Position numbers and translations under genes: made by a program | Shown: in pieces, positions 22,223-34,594 of the stretch | How the letters are laid out: each line of letters begins with the position of its first letter | Numbering within the stretch: position 1 is the stretch's first letter | The notes under the pieces: generated by a model | What the model saw: the letters and a program-made list of their open reading frames with translations, nothing else | Databases searched by the model: none | Told to the model about the DNA's origin: nothing | Assembly: GCA_002269645.1 (NCBI GenBank) | Contig: NIVC01000309.1 | Location: 1 to 64,000, forward strand | Direction: 5' to 3' | DNA length: 64,000 nt | Source: Macrostomum lignano | Lineage: Eukaryota

Positions 22223-22270
22223 TTCTGCTCTCGTCCTCCTCCTCGTCCCCTTCATCGTCTGAGAGATCCT
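22223..22270 (-). CDS. Cav1: Cav1 exon 6 (48-nt acidic I-II linker exon)
   Basis: ttttcag|AG GAT CTC: (E)DLSDDEGDEEEDESR; GTGAGT donor; phase 1 to 1, completing the AID-terminal ...TAEDL. Confidence 0.85.
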
Positions 22271-22324
22271 CTGAAAATAAATTTTAACTTTTTTGTTGGC
22301 AATGACCAGAAAAACACAGCAAGG

Positions 22325-23817
22325 GATCCCAGATCCTAGATCCCAGATCCTAGATCCCAGATCCTAGATCCCAGATCCTAGATCCCAGATCCTAGATCCC
22401 AGATCCTAGATCCCAGATCCTAGATCCCAGATCCTAGATCCCAGATCCTAGATCCCAGATCCTAGATCCCAGATCCTAGATCCCAGATCCTAGATCCCAG
22501 ATCCTAGATCCCAGATCCTAGATCCCAGATCCTAGATCCCAGATCCTAGATCCCAGATCCTAGATCCCAGATCCTAGATCCCAGATCCTAGATCCCAGAT
22601 CCTAGATCCCAGATCCTAGATCCCAGATCCTAGATCCCAGATCCTAGATCCCAGATCCTAGATCCCAGATCCTAGATCCCAGATCCTAGATCCCAGATCC
22701 TAGATCCCAGATCCTAGATCCCAGATCCTAGATCCCAGATCCTATATCCCAGATCCTAGATCCCAGATCCTAGATCCCAGATCCTAGATCCCAGATCCTA
22801 GATCCCAGATCCTAGATCCCAGATCCTAGATCCCAGATCCTAGATCCCAGATCCTAGATCCCAGATCCTAGATCCCAGATCCTAGATCCCAGATCCTAGA
22901 TCCCAGATCCTAGATCCCAGATCCTAGATCCCAGATCCTAGATCCCAGATCCTAGATCCCAGATCCTAGATCCCAGATCCTAGATCCCAGATCCTAGATC
23001 CCAGATCCTAGATCCCAGATCCTAGATCCCAGATCCTAGATCCCAGATCCTAGATCCCAGATCCTAGATCCCAGATCCTAGATCCCAGATCCTAGATCCC
23101 AGATCCTAGATCCCAGATCCTAGATCCCAGATCCTAGATCCCAGATCCTAGATCCCAGATCCTAGATCCCAGATCCTAGATCCCAGATCCTAGATCCCAG
23201 ATCCTAGATCCCAGATCCTAGATCCCAGATCCTAGATCCCAGATCCTAGATCCCAGATCCTAGATCCCAGATCCTAGATCCCAGATCCTAGATCCCAGAT
23301 CCTAGATCCCAGATCCTAGATCCCAGATCCTAGATCCCAGATCCTAGATCCCAGATCCTAGATCCCAGATCCTAGATCCCAGATCCTAGATCCCAGATCC
23401 TAGATCCCAGATCCTAGATCCCAGATCCTAGATCCCAGATCCTAGATCCCAGATCCTAGATCCCAGATCCTAGATCCCAGATCCTAGATCCCAGATCCTA
23501 GATCCCAGATCCTAGATCCCAGATCCTAGATCCCAGATCCTAGATCCCAGATCCTAGATCCCAGATCCTAGATCCCAGATCCTAGATCCCAGATCCTAGA
23601 TCCCAGATCCTAGATCCCAGATCCTAGATCCCAGATCCTAGATCCCAGATCCTAGATCCCAGATCCTAGATCCCAGATCCTAGATCCCAGATCCTAGATC
23701 CCAGATCCTAGATCCCAGATCCTAGATCCCAGATCCTAGATCCCAGATCCTAGATCCCAGATCCTAGATCCCAGATCCTAGATCCCAGATCCTAGATCCT
23801 AGATCCCAGATCCTAGA
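22325..23817. repeat. Near-perfect 14-bp satellite (GATCCTAGATCCCA), roughly 105 copies
   Basis: Direct inspection; only about two variant units seen. Confidence 0.98.
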
Positions 23818-23845
23818 TTTGGGAATCGGGTCATGCAGTCCTTAC

Positions 23846-23961
23846 CGGCCGTCAGAATCCATTCCATATAGCCATTGTAGTCCTCTTCGAATTTCATTCT
23901 CTCTCGTTGCTTATGAAACTTGCCCTTCTTTTTTGCTTTCTCGCGTTCTTTTGAAAACTCT
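23846..23961 (-). CDS. Cav1: Cav1 exon 5 (I-II linker, AID)
   Basis: Not in the ORF track. tttgcag|A GAG TTT TCA AAA: [38 protein letters not shown]; GTAAG donor. FSKERE is L-type-like. Confidence 0.92.
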
Positions 23962-24428
23962 CTGCAAATTTAAGCAGGAAAAGCGAGGCATATTAATTGA
24001 AAATAACCTAATCATAAATCCATCTGTCCTAAAAGTTCAATCGCTCACAAAATTACGCTTGTCTCAAAGTATGACTATTTCAAAATTAACCCCATCTCAA
24101 AAGTACATTTGCTTAAAAGTGTACCCGTCTTCAAGTATGACAATTTTTAAGTACACTTAATTGTCTTTAAAGTACATTTGCTTTAAAGTACATTTCTTGA
24201 AATTGCATTTGGTCTAAAGTACATTTGCTCTAAAGCAAATCTTCTCTAAAGTGCACCTGTCTCAAAAGTACATTTTCTTTAAAGTACACTTGCTCTAAAG
24301 TTCATTTGCTCTAAAGTACACCTGTATTAAAGTATGACTGTCTTAAAGTATATCTTACTTCAACAGTGTAGAACTCTCAAAGTCTCAACAATGCTCTCCC
24401 TTCAACCGCCCCGGCCACGCGGACTCAC

Positions 24429-24810
24429 CCGCTGAGAACACCGAGCACCAAGTTCATGACAAAGAACGATCCCAGAATGATGAGACTGACAAAGTACATC
24501 CAAGCAAACTCTGGTCCCATACTGTCTGTCACATAGTACATGACATCTGTCCAGCCCTCCATAGTGATGCACTGGAACACTGTGAGCATTGCCAGGCCAA
24601 TATTATCAAAGTTGGTGATGCCAGAGTTCGGACCCTCCCAGCGCTCAGTGATGCCGGGCTTGGGGCGCCAGTGCTTGTCTGAAGGGTTGGCATCGAAGCA
24701 GGTCCAGTTCTCGCGCTCAGTCTCCTGGTAGTCCACACCGATGCAGTTCCAGCCCTTCAGCTCCTCCGCTGGCCGGCTGTCGCAGGGTTGGGCGTCGTCG
24801 TGAATCGTCC
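24429..24810 (-). CDS. Cav1: Cav1 exon 4 (domain I pore loop and IS6)
   Basis: [30 protein letters not shown] (filter Glu)...[13 protein letters not shown]; cag/GTGAGT, phase 1 to 2. Confidence 0.95.
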
Positions 24811-24845
24811 CTGCACGAGCATTGAGAGGGGGCTTTTTAAAAACA

Positions 24846-25503
24846 AGTCACCCCGACAATCTGGTAGTGAGTCACCCCAACAATCTGGTAGTGAGTCACC
24901 CCAACAATCTGGTAGTGAGTCACCCCAACAATCTGGTAGTGAGTCACCCCAACAATCTGGTAGTGAGTCACCCCAACAATCTGGTAGTGAGTCACCCCAA
25001 CAATCTGGTAGTGAGTCACCCCAACAATCTGGTAGTGAGTCACCCCAAAAATCTGGTAGTGAGTCACCCCAACAATCTGGTAGTGAGTCACCCCAACAAT
25101 CTGGTAGTGAGTCACCCCAACAATCTGGTAGTGAGTCACCCCAACAATCTGGTAGTGAGTCACCCCAACAATCTGGAAGTGAGTCACCCCAACAATCTGG
25201 TAGTGAGTCACCCCAACAATCTGGTAGTGAGTCACCCCAAAAATCTGGTAGTGAGTCACCCCAACAATCTGGTAGTGAGTCACCCCAACAATCTGAAAGT
25301 GAGTCACCCCAACAATCTGGTAGTGAGTCACCCCAACAATCTGGAAGTGAGTCACCCCAACAATCTGAAAGTGAGTCACCCCAACAACAATCTGGAAGTG
25401 AGTCACCCCAACAATAATCTGGAAGTGAATCACCCCAACAATCTGGAAGTGAGTCACTTAAGCAATCTGAAAGTGATTCAGCCCAATCTGGAAGTGAGTC
25501 ACC
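24846..25503. repeat. 24-bp minisatellite (CACCCCAACAATCTGGTAGTGAGT)
   Basis: Direct inspection. Confidence 0.95.
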
Positions 25504-26289
25504 CTGTCTTCAATCCCCGCTTGCCACGCACATTTCTTTGGTACGGCAAGCAAAAAAAGTACACAGTGTCCTAGCATGAGATGTAGGCTCGTATTTCTAA
25601 GAAACTGAAAGGACGCCAACATTATTCAAACGAAGCCAGCGCCTGCCATCATTAGCGATGGTGGCCGGTAGAGCCGGTAGAGCCGGTAGAGGCAGAAGAA
25701 CAGCTGCATGGCTACCCGGATAGGACTGGAAAAGGGCGTTTGGTATGGGCCATAGGGCTATGAAGGTATTGAAGGCCTCAGCCAGGTGAGAGGAGAGTGG
25801 CGAAGAAGTGAAACAGAAGAGGCCTAAAGCTTGCAATAGGTCCCCTAAATGGCTTAACATACATTGTCCAGACGAGGCGCGAACATGGGGCGGTTGGTAG
25901 GTTGGGGAAGGGGATTAGCCAAACCTGACCAATTGCAGCCACTCCTGCCTACATCTGGGATCAGAAAATATCAGGCAGGGAGTTCGGAGGTGCAGACTGG
26001 GGGCGGGACGCACTCCCTATCCCATGCAGACATAAGACTTATTCGTTAAAGGTCGGCCACGCTTTGGTCAGTGTGTTTTTTGAAGTCGGACTGCGCGGAA
26101 ATCTGCATGCTGGGAAAGTGCCACGTTCTGGTGAATCATTTGGCTGCTGGCACACTTGCGGGGAACTGCTGGTAATGAACGGGAAATTCTAATTGAATAT
26201 TACGAGCGTAAGAGATGCAGACAGCTTGCACTTGCTTTCTCCACTCCCTTCTCAATGCCGTCTCAACTCGTCGAAATTTTCACGACATT

Positions 26290-26660
26290 TGAAATATCTA
26301 CTTGTCGATTGCTCATCTTGTTGATTTCACATCTTGTCGATGTCTAGTTTTGTCGATTTCTCATCTTGTCGATTTCTCATATCCTGTCGATTTCTCGCCT
26401 TGTCGAATTCGCATCTTGTCGATTCATCATCTTGCCCATTTTTAACCTTGTCGATTTCTTATCTTTTCGATTTTTAATCTTGTCGATTTTTAATCTTGTC
26501 GATTTCTTTATCTTGTCGATTTCTCATCTTGTAGATTTACCATCCAGTCGATTTCTCATCTTGTAGATTTACCATCCAGTCGATTTCTCATCTTGTAGAT
26601 TTACCATCCAGTCGATTTCTCAACTTGTCGATTTACCATCCAGTCGATTTCTCATCTCGT
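26290..26660. repeat. Degenerate 16-26-bp repeat (TCATCTTGTCGATTTC)
   Basis: Direct inspection. Confidence 0.75.
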
Positions 26661-27619
26661 AAAATTTTCTGCTAGACTAATTTCGTACTTTTATACAATA
26701 CTTTCATAAAGTTAATAAATCAGCAGGCATAGATAGGCCCACTCCTTTAGAATTGAGAACAATTGAGCCAAGGAAATTTCATCCCCCCCCCCAGACCCCT
26801 CTCCCCCGTTTGCTAAGGTTCGCTCGGAGCCCCTCTACACCTGAATTTTATTGCCGCCGCGTACCCCCCGAGTCCCCCTCACCAACCCCAAGCCCCCGCG
26901 TCGGCCTGAGCCCGAAGAAGTCTGTTCTCAGGTCACGAACACGGCGAGAGCGCCAACCCCCTTCCTTGCAGAGCCCCATAGTGGTCATCAACGCAGCGGC
27001 ACTGATACAGCAGTCACTCACCCATCTTCTGCTTCTGCTCTGTGTAACTAGCATCGCTAATCCCCACTCCCCCTCTCTCCCGCTGCTCTTGAGCCTCTTG
27101 AGATAGTGCTCACAGCTCAATGAGCAGTTTCTCGCAGACTTAACCTAGCGATATAAGAGAAAAACTAGGAGAAGAAGACACTTGAAGCCAAATTCTTAAG
27201 TTCGATCTTCTTTTAGGCAAAAAAGCTTCCTGGGTAACTCTTATTTTCACCTGAGCTCATCTAAATCATTTCTGCTCCGCCTGCTTTACTCAACTGCTCA
27301 AGCGAAGCCTGTGAGGTCAATTAAAAACTGTTCGTTGAGTTAATTTCCACTGAGCTAATCGTTGAATAAATGGCACTTCTAAACCTTTAAACGAATAGAT
27401 AGAAGTAATCGAATTACTCCAGCATCATAACTCACTCAATCTCAAGCACCTCGAATGCTAAGTATGTCACTCTGGAACCAGTGTACTCTATTATATATAT
27501 ATTAGTAGTAGAACAAGAATTCTTCACTCTAACTTTGAAAGATCACTCTGGAACTATAGAAACATCACTGTAAAAGTGTCGTTCTGCAACTAAAGCATTA
27601 TACTACTGTACGAGTAAAA

Positions 27620-28512
27620 ATGTCACTCTGGAACCAGAACCATCACTCTACTATAGCAGTGTCACTCTGGAACCAGAACCGTCACTCTACTATAGTAGTG
27701 TCACTCTGGAACCAGAACCGTCACTCTACTATAGTAGTGTCACTCTGGAACCAGAACCGTCACTCTACTATAGTAGTGTCACTCTGGAACCAGAACCGTC
27801 ACTCTACTATAGTAGTGTCACTCTGGAACCAGAACCGTCACTCTACTATAGTAGTGTCACTCTGGAACCAGAACCGTCACTCTACTATAGTAGTGTCACT
27901 CTGGAACCAGAACCGTCACTCTACTATAGTAGTGTCACTCTGGAACCAGAACCGTCACTCTACTATAGTAGTGTCACTCTGGAACCAGAACCGTCACTCT
28001 ACTATAGTAGTGTCACTCTGGAACCAGAACCGTCACTCTACTATAGTAGTGTCACTCTGGAACCAGAACCGTCACTCTACTATAGTAGTGTCACTCTGGA
28101 ACCAGAACCGTCACTCTACTATAGTAGTGTCACTCTGGAACCAGAACCGTCACTCTACTATAGTAGTGTCACTCTGGAACCAGAACCGTCACTCTACTAT
28201 AGCAGTGTCACTCTGGAACCAGAACCGTCACTCTACTATAGTAGTGTCACTCTGGAACCAGAACCGTCACTCTACTATAGTAGTGTCACTCTGGAACCAG
28301 AACCGTCACTCTACTATAGTAGTGTCACTCTGGAACCAGAACCGTCACTCTACTATAGTAGTGTCACTCTGGAACCAGAACCGTCACTCTACTATAGCAG
28401 TGTCACTCTGGAACCAGAACCGTCACTCTACTATAGTAGTGTCACTCTGGAACCAGAACCGTCACTCTACTATAGTAGTGTCACTCTGGAATCAGAACCG
28501 TCACTTTACTAT
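27620..28512. repeat. 39-bp minisatellite, about 23 copies
   Basis: GTGTCACTCTGGAACCAGAACCGTCACTCTACTATAGTA; degenerate older copies upstream at about 27465-27590. Confidence 0.96.
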
Positions 28513-28579
28513 AACAATGCATTAGCACAACAGCCAGCACATGAAATTCTGCTACAGCAATAAAACACAATCAGCTCAC

Positions 28580-28994
28580 ATATCCGGGTCACGTGATTCT
28601 GCTTGTAGCAGGCGCCGTGAAGCTTCCCTGAGAACATCTCCAAGCCGATGATGGCGTAGATGAGTATCACAAACAGTACGAGCAGGGCGATGTGCAGCAG
28701 CGGCAGCATTGCCCGCATGATTGAGTTGAGCACCACCTGGAGGCTGGGCATCCCGGACACGAGGCGCAACGGTCTCAGCACTCGAAATGCTCGCAATGCT
28801 TTGATGTCCAAGGTGTTTGGCGACACTACCCTCTGCAGCAGGATGCTGATCAGGCCAATTACAACTATGACAAAGTCCAGCACATTCCAGAAGTTTCTAA
28901 GATACGCGTTCTGATCCATCACGAAGCCCTGAGCAATGATCTTCAAGCAGCACTCGGCGGTGAAGATGCCAGTGAACACCAGCTCCAACTTCTC
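28580..28994 (-). CDS. Cav1: Cav1 exon 3 (IS2-IS5)
   Basis: [15 protein letters not shown]...[17 protein letters not shown] (S4)...[13 protein letters not shown]; cag acceptor, GTGAG donor, phase 0 to 1. Confidence 0.93.
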
Positions 28995-29065
28995 CTGCAA
29001 TGGGGTGGCCTCGCTTTGTTGCAGACTGCAGCTTCTGGCTTTGAGAGCTTTCATTTCATTTGGCC

Positions 29066-29516
29066 TGACACTATCCCAGTCTTCACAACACTATCCCAGT
29101 CTTCACAACACTATCCCAGTCTTCACAACACTATCCCAGCATTCACAACATTATTTCAGCCTTCACAACACTTTGCCAGCCTTCAAAACCCTATCTCAGC
29201 CTTCACAACACTATCCCAGCCTTAAAAACCCTATCTCAGCCTTCACAACACTATCCCAGCCTTAAAAACCCTATCTCAGCCTTCACAACACTATCCCAGC
29301 CTTAAAAACCCTATCTCAGCCTTCACAACACTATCCCAGCCTTCACAACACTATCCCAGCCTTCACAACACTTTGCCAGCCTTCAAAACCCTATCTCAGC
29401 CTTCAAAACACTAACCCAGCCTTCACAACAATATCTTAGCCTTCTAAACACTATCCCAGCATTCACAACACTATATAAGCCTTCAAAATACTATCCCAGC
29501 CTTCACAACACTATCC
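29066..29516. repeat. 20-bp minisatellite (CTTCACAACACTATCCCAGC)
   Basis: Direct inspection; fills most of intron 2. Confidence 0.92.
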
Positions 29517-29576
29517 AAAGCAAAGCAAAGCTCACAGCAATTTTTTTACACAGAAAAGCTAGGAAAAAGCGCTCAC

Positions 29577-29682
29577 AAGAAAGGCGTTCACGTCGTTAGA
29601 GTCGGACTCCGGATACGGCGTGGTTGCCGCAAGGGCAACACAGTTGGCAAATATGGTTAACAGGATGATCACCTCAAAGGGC
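29577..29682 (-). CDS. Cav1: Cav1 exon 2 (IS1)
   Basis: ttttcag|G CCC TTT GAG: [35 protein letters not shown]; GTGAG donor; 106 nt, phase 2 to 0. Confidence 0.93.
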
Positions 29683-29807
29683 CTGAAAATTATCGAATAA
29701 ATTGGCTTTGAATTAAAGATTGTAAGGTCGTTCGTTTACTTCAAAGTTTTATTTCACATGGAGAAAATTTTTCTGAACATTAGTGTTAAATTTATTAGCA
29801 TTTGAAT

Positions 29808-30146
29808 GGTAGCCAGTGATGGTAGCTAGTGATGGTAGCTAGTGATGGTAGCTAGTGACGGTAGCCAGTGACGGTAGCTAGTGATGGTAGTTAAAGATGG
29901 TAGATAGTGATGGTAGCTAGTGATGGTAGCTAGTGATGGTAGTTAAAGATGGTAGATAGTGATGGTAGCCAGTGACGGTAGCTAGTGACGGTAGCCAGTG
30001 ACGGTAGCCAGTGACGGTAGCTAGTGATGGTAGTTAAAGATGGTAGATAGTGATGGTAGCTAGTGACGGTAGTTAAAGATGGTAGATAGTGATGGTAGCT
30101 AGTGACGGTATAGCTAGTGACGGTAGCTAGTGACGGTAGCTAGTGA
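29808..30146. repeat. 13-bp minisatellite (GTGATGGTAGCTA)
   Basis: Direct inspection. Confidence 0.9.
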
Positions 30147-30684
30147 ATACGAGCGTATGTTAACGAGTTTAAGAATACACTCTGCTTTAGAGAGGCGGCT
30201 ATGATTCTGAAGCACTTCTACGAGTATAAATCAGCTGTACGAGCGTATTTTGACAACTAATTCAATCTCTCTTTTTCCGTATAGCTGACATTCTCAAAGG
30301 CATTGGGCGGCCTGTTTTCAGAAACCGAGGGGAAGCCAGAGCTGCCATGGTTAGTGCACTTGAGTACTCAATGACGACCCCTTATATAGCAGTGCCTTTG
30401 AAATGAGCGCAGCGCTTGAGAGTCCAGGAGTTGTCCGGTGCAGTGCGAATATTGTCAAACTGGCTAGATTTATGGTTCGCAGCAAAAAGTGCACGCCGGG
30501 CTGCCGTCGAATCTGCCAGGTAATTAGCAGATGAAGAGGCACAGAGAGGCTGGAAACTGGAGACTGAGGAAAAGATGCACCTGGGAGAGAGGGCATTGGG
30601 AAGCGAAATCAGATTGAAAAGATTGAAGAGATGGACAAGCTGCAATGAAAAGAAAGAGAAAGAATAGAAGCGGATAATAACAGA

Positions 30685-31985
30685 GAGGGATATGACCGAG
30701 AGGAGAGGGATATGACCTAGAGGAGAGGGATATGACCGAGAGGAGAGGGACATGACCGAGAGGAGAGGGATATGACCGAGAGGAGAGGGACATGACCGAG
30801 AGGAGAGGGATAGGACCGAGAGGAGAGGGATAGGACCGAGAGGAGAGGGATAGGACCGAGAGGAGAGGGATATGACCGAGAGGAGAGGGATAGGACCGAG
30901 AGGAGAGGGATATGACCGAGAGGAGAGGGATATGACCGAGAGGAGAGGGATATGACCGAGAGGAGAAGGATATGACCGAGAGGAGAAGGATATGACCGAG
31001 AGGAGAGGGATAGGACCGAGAGGAGAGGGATAGGACCGAGAAGAGAGGGATAGGACCGAGAAGAGAGGGATATGACTGAAAAGAGAGGGAAATGACCGAG
31101 AGGAGAGGGATATGACCGAGAGGAGAAGGATATGACCGAGAGGAGAAGGATATGACCGAGAGGAGAGGGATAGGACCGAGAGGAGAGGGATATGACCGAG
31201 AGGAGAGGGATATGACTAACAAGAGAGGGATATGACCGAGAGGAGAAGGATAGGACTGAGAGGAGAGGGATAGGACTGAGAGGAGAGGGATAGGACCGAG
31301 AGGAGAGGGATAGGACCGAGAGGAGAGGGATATGACCGAGAGGAGAGGGATATGGCAGAGAGGAGAGGGATATGACCGAGAGGAGAGGGATATGACCGAG
31401 AGGAGAGGGATATGACCGAGAGGAGAAGGATATGACCGAGAGGAGAAGGATATGACCGAGAGGAGAGGGATAGGACCGAGAGGAGAGGGATATGACCGAG
31501 AGGAGAGGGATATGACTAACAAGAGAGGGATATGACCGAGAGGAGAAGGATAGGACTGAGAGGAGAGGGATAGGACTGAGAGGAGAGGGATAGGACCGAG
31601 AGGAGAGGGATAGGACCGAGAGGAGAGGGATATGACCGAGAGGAGAGGGATATGGCAGAGAGGAGAGGGATAGGACCGAGAGGAGAAGGAAATGACCGAG
31701 AGGAGAGGGATAGGACCGAGAGGAGAGGGATAGGACCGAGAGGAGAGGGATAGGACCGAGAGGAGAGGGATAGGACCGAGAGGAGAGGGATAGGACCGAG
31801 AGGAGAAAGAAATGACCGAGAGGAGAGGGATAGGACCGAGAGGAGAGGGATAGGACCGAGAGGAGAGGGATAGGACCGAGAGGAGAGGGATAGGACCGAG
31901 AGGAGAGGGATATGACCGAGAGGAGAGGGATAGGACCGAGAGGAGAGGGATATGACCGAGAGGAGAGGGATAGGACCGAGAGTAG
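30685..31985. repeat. 20-bp purine-rich minisatellite (GACCGAGAGGAGAGGGATAT)
   Basis: Direct inspection. Confidence 0.95.
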
Positions 31986-32706
31986 AGGGAGATGACAGAG
32001 AGAGGTTGGTTATCAAGACAGAGACGCAGGCCAAGACTGATCAATAGGCTTGAATACTGACATTAATTAGATTTAAATATCGACTCAATTAAGACTGGAA
32101 GCAGTGCCGTTGTTGAGTCAACGCATTACGGCAAATCTGATTGAACAACAGCATGGGACAAGGTACTGCCCCAGTGTAACTAGCCATCAGGATGGGAATT
32201 TGACACTGGGAAGGCAATTTAGGGTGAGGCTTGAGTCGTGATCGAATTTAAAGCTTTCCCCAAGCTTGAAAAATAATAGCAAAGCAAAAGCGACGGAGGG
32301 GAGGTGCGAGACAAAACACGAGAAGAGAAGCTCAGTGCCGCCTGCTGACTAGAGTGGCGGTGGGGTCTCCATAGGGATCTTGTTTTTCAAGCCCAGAGGT
32401 AATCCCAAGGCCAGTCCCCGAGGGGGGGGGACCCTACCGTCTTCAGCTTGAAATTTATCTCTGAGAGTTTCAATTTTATAAGACTCGATGAAGATGGAGA
32501 GAGAGAGAGGGGTGGAGATCGGCTCATCAAAGTGCGAATCGGATTAGCCTATAATATGCTCTGGGCCGGGGGGTTGAGAACCTAATAGTTGGGCAGGCTG
32601 GCGCGTTTGCAGCGCCGAGAGCTTGAATTTGGCCTAAATAGCCGAAGACAGACGGAGTCCCGGCAGAGGGTATAGAAAGGGGAGAGGAGGGAATTGCCGG
32701 AGACTT

Positions 32707-32761
<55 letters not shown>

Positions 32762-33313
32762 GTTCTTGCGCATTTATTTTCTGCGGGAGCATAGCCAGCA
32801 ACGCAGGGGGGGGGGGGGTTTGAGGAGGGAAGTCAAATTTTGTGAGCATAGCAAAAAATCGCCGAGACCGCGCGCACTCTCTCGGCTTTCCCGGCTCTGC
32901 CGTATGCAATAAGCCAGGAGCAGCAATAGGAGATCGAGAACAAAAATTGTGCCAGCGGGAGAAGAGCGAGTGCATGCCAGTAAGAAGTCTTCAAGGCCGA
33001 CGAGGAGTTCAGGGCGGGAGACCCCAGGAGATCCCATGAAAAAAGCTTTGGCTGTCGCCAAGTCGAAATTGGAGATATTTTTCCTCTTGGGCAGTGCAGC
33101 TCTGCTCTGCCCCTTCTTCCCCTCCCGCAGTCCTCTGGGGCGGCCTGTCTGCTTTGGCCTGGGTTGTACGGCGGCAAATCTGACCAAAGCATTTGTCTCA
33201 GCTATTGACTGCGGGCGGTGCAGACAACTGTAATAAGAAGCTGTCAAGACAGGGTGGCGACAGCGCACAGTTCAAACAAGTGGCTGACAGGTGCTTGTAA
33301 ACTGTTACAGCCC

Positions 33314-34172
33314 TGACTGACTGACTGACTGACTGACTGACTGACTGACTGACTGACTGACTGACTGACTGACTGACTGACTGACTGACTGACTGACTGA
33401 CTGACTGACTGACTGACTGACTGACTGACTGACTGACTGACTGACTGACTGACTGACTGACTGACTGACTGACTGACTGACTGACTGACTGACTGACTGA
33501 CTGACTGACTGACTGACTGACTGACTGACTGACTGACTGACTGACTGACTGACTGACTGACTGACTGACTGACTGACTGACTGACTGACTGACTGACTGA
33601 CTGACTGACTGACTGACTGACTGACTGACTGACTGACTGACTGACTGACTGACTGACTGACTGACTGACTGACTGACTGACTGACTGACTGACTGACTGA
33701 CTGACTGACTGACTGACTGACTGACTGACTGACTGACTGACTGACTGACTGACTGACTGACTGACTGACTGACTGACTGACTGACTGACTGACTGACTGA
33801 CTGACTGACTGACTGACTGACTGACTGACTGACTGACTGACTGACTGACTGACTGACTGACTGACTGACTGACTGACTGACTGACTGACTGACTGACTGA
33901 CTGACTGACTGACTGACTGACTGACTGACTGACTGACTGACTGACTGACTGACTGACTGACTGACTGACTGACTAACTAACTAACTAACTAACTAGCTAA
34001 CTAACTAACTAACTAACTGACTGACTGACTGACTGACTGACTGACTGACTGACTGACTGACTGACTGACTGACTGACTGACTGACTGACTGACTGACTGA
34101 CTGACTGACTGACTGACTGACTGACTGACTGACTGACTGACTGACTGACTGACTGACTGACTGACTGACTGC
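33314..34172. repeat. (ACTG)n microsatellite of about 860 bp with a short (ACTA)n island
   Basis: Direct inspection. Confidence 0.97.
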
Positions 34173-34594
34173 TCAATCATTAGCCGAATAAGCGGCAGAT
34201 TACTCAGCGCGAGCAGCTTCGGGGATGCAGAGGAGAATTCATTGGTCAGTTTTGAACGGTTTGCAGAGAGGATCGGAGAGGGAAGGGCGGAATGGCTAAA
34301 CGAGGCCCTAGGGGGACAGCGCTGACTGCTATAGAAATGGAAGCTCATGATCGATAGATGAGCGGAGAGATTGATTAGATGAGGTGGGGACAGAAAACTC
34401 GAGATAGACTGGGACGCAGTGAAAAAAAGCAGAAATGGAAGAAGCAGCCAGAATTCATCTTACAATTTAGTGTCAGATTTATTCAGTATAAATCGCTTAA
34501 AAACTAGCTATAACAATAAAAAATAATTCCATTCAGTGAATACATTCTTGATGGCAACAAATTACGCAGTTTTAGAATTGCTGTTACGGAGTGA

